Shown here piece by piece: positions 62,844 through 64,000 of a DNA stretch of 64,000 bases. Source of the stretch: Lytechinus pictus (Eukaryota); assembly GCF_037042905.1 (NCBI RefSeq), contig NC_087252.1, forward strand, positions 4,838,001 through 4,902,000, written 5' to 3'. The translations under genes were made by a program, and so were the position numbers. The notes beneath the pieces are model-generated. The model did no database searches, was not told the DNA's origin, and saw only the letters and a program-made list of their open reading frames with translations. Within the stretch, counting starts at the first letter, position 1. Every line of letters begins with the position of its first letter.

Positions 62844-63914
62844 CATAGTGTAGAGTGCCCAGTTTTCTAAAATGCAAAATCTGTGCTCTGCAGTGACAGA
62901 ACATATATTGTGTACAAACATAATAAAGATAAAGCAATCTTAAAAATAGTGAAAATATCAGAACCATATGCATCTAAAATCATGGCGAATATATGCTTAA
63001 ATACTGCAAACTGATTTGATCAACATATTTTTCGAACTGAATTTTAATTAATTTGATTTGATTTCCATAATTTTCATTACATTTTTCATAATTCATATTT
63101 TAGGGTCTGAAAAATTTAGTTTTCCTTGAAATCTATGAATTCTGTATCCCCAAATTCTTAGAAATTTTTCTGTTTTCTTCATCACAGAAAATTTTGAACT
63201 GTATGAAGGTGTTCCTTTTACCCAACTGTAAAAAATATGCAAGAATTGTAGTCACAAGAAAAGAAAAAGTATAGTCAGAATATTTTAGTTGTGTACTGTT
63301 TATGTATGTGACATATTTATGACTGACAGTTGTTTAGTAAGTATAAATCAATCATTTATGTAATGAAATTTTCTGTAAAGGGGTTGTCAAAAGACTTAAT
63401 AAGAGGAGCATTTCATGAAATTACTTGTCAGACGTTTTATCCGACAAGTCCCGTTTTATCCGACAGTTACCATAGTAACAGTGCTTCTCAGCCAATCAGA
63501 ATCAAGGAAAGTTGTCAGATGACATATATTAATGAAATGCTCCCCTGGACCATTTTTGCCAGACTGCTAAGTAATGTATGTACATGGCAATTTTTTTAAT
63601 CATCTCATCCTACAGGTAACATTGCTTCAGTCAAAACATTTTGGGGACCATAGAAATCTGTTTGCCTTTCATAGTAATTTTATTTATGAGAGGTATATAA
63701 CACTACTTTTGCACAATCTTGGGCCAGATTCATAAAGAGTTATAAAAAATATGTACAACTAATATATCTGCCATTATGGCAACTAGCGTGGAAACACAAC
63801 TCAGTAGCCAATCACAATCCAGGTTTCCATGGAAGATGAAATGACAAAATTGCAATAGTTTTAAATCTTAATGAAATGGGTCCATGATCTAAAGAAAAAT
63901 TGCTCCGATTGGGA

Positions 63915-64000
63915 AAGTCAGGAGAGTTGGGTTTTGGGTTCCAGTGACCCGGGTTCGATTCACACTTGGTACGCTAGTGCCCTTTGGTAAGGCATTTCTC
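63915..64000 (+). mobile_element. tRNA-derived SINE (family A), truncated by the window end
   Basis: gggttcgattcac..ggtacgctagtgccctttggtaaggcattt matches the reverse complement of 540-590. Confidence 0.7.

Overview
AT-rich, intron-containing animal genomic DNA. The SINE/MITE repertoire suggests an invertebrate deuterostome such as a sea urchin, but this is inference only. Four spliced protein-coding genes can be built by hand with canonical GT-AG introns and consistent phases. (1) The 3' part of mitochondrial beta-ketoacyl-ACP synthase OXSM (+, <1-7537). (2) An unusual 9-coding-exon, ~591-aa gene (-, 21535-9798). Its N-terminus resembles a BAX/BAK/BID-type Bcl-2-family domain, with a BH3 motif (LRQLGDE) and a degenerate BH1. 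It is fused to a ZU5(HFS)-UPA-like region, an Ala/Thr linker and a C-terminal death domain, i.e. a PIDD/UNC5-like module. (3) DEAD-box helicase DDX6 (-, 44205-34022, ~522 aa). (4) UFC1 (+, 57041-61745, 170 aa). Introns and intergenic DNA hold many non-autonomous DNA transposons (several nested, with visible TSDs), tRNA-derived SINEs, a 66-bp minisatellite and (ATG/CAT)n tracts. The best candidate for a novel system is gene 2, a putative self-cleaving BH3-plus-death-domain apoptosis or immune protein. All domain calls come from reading motifs by eye; no database search was run.
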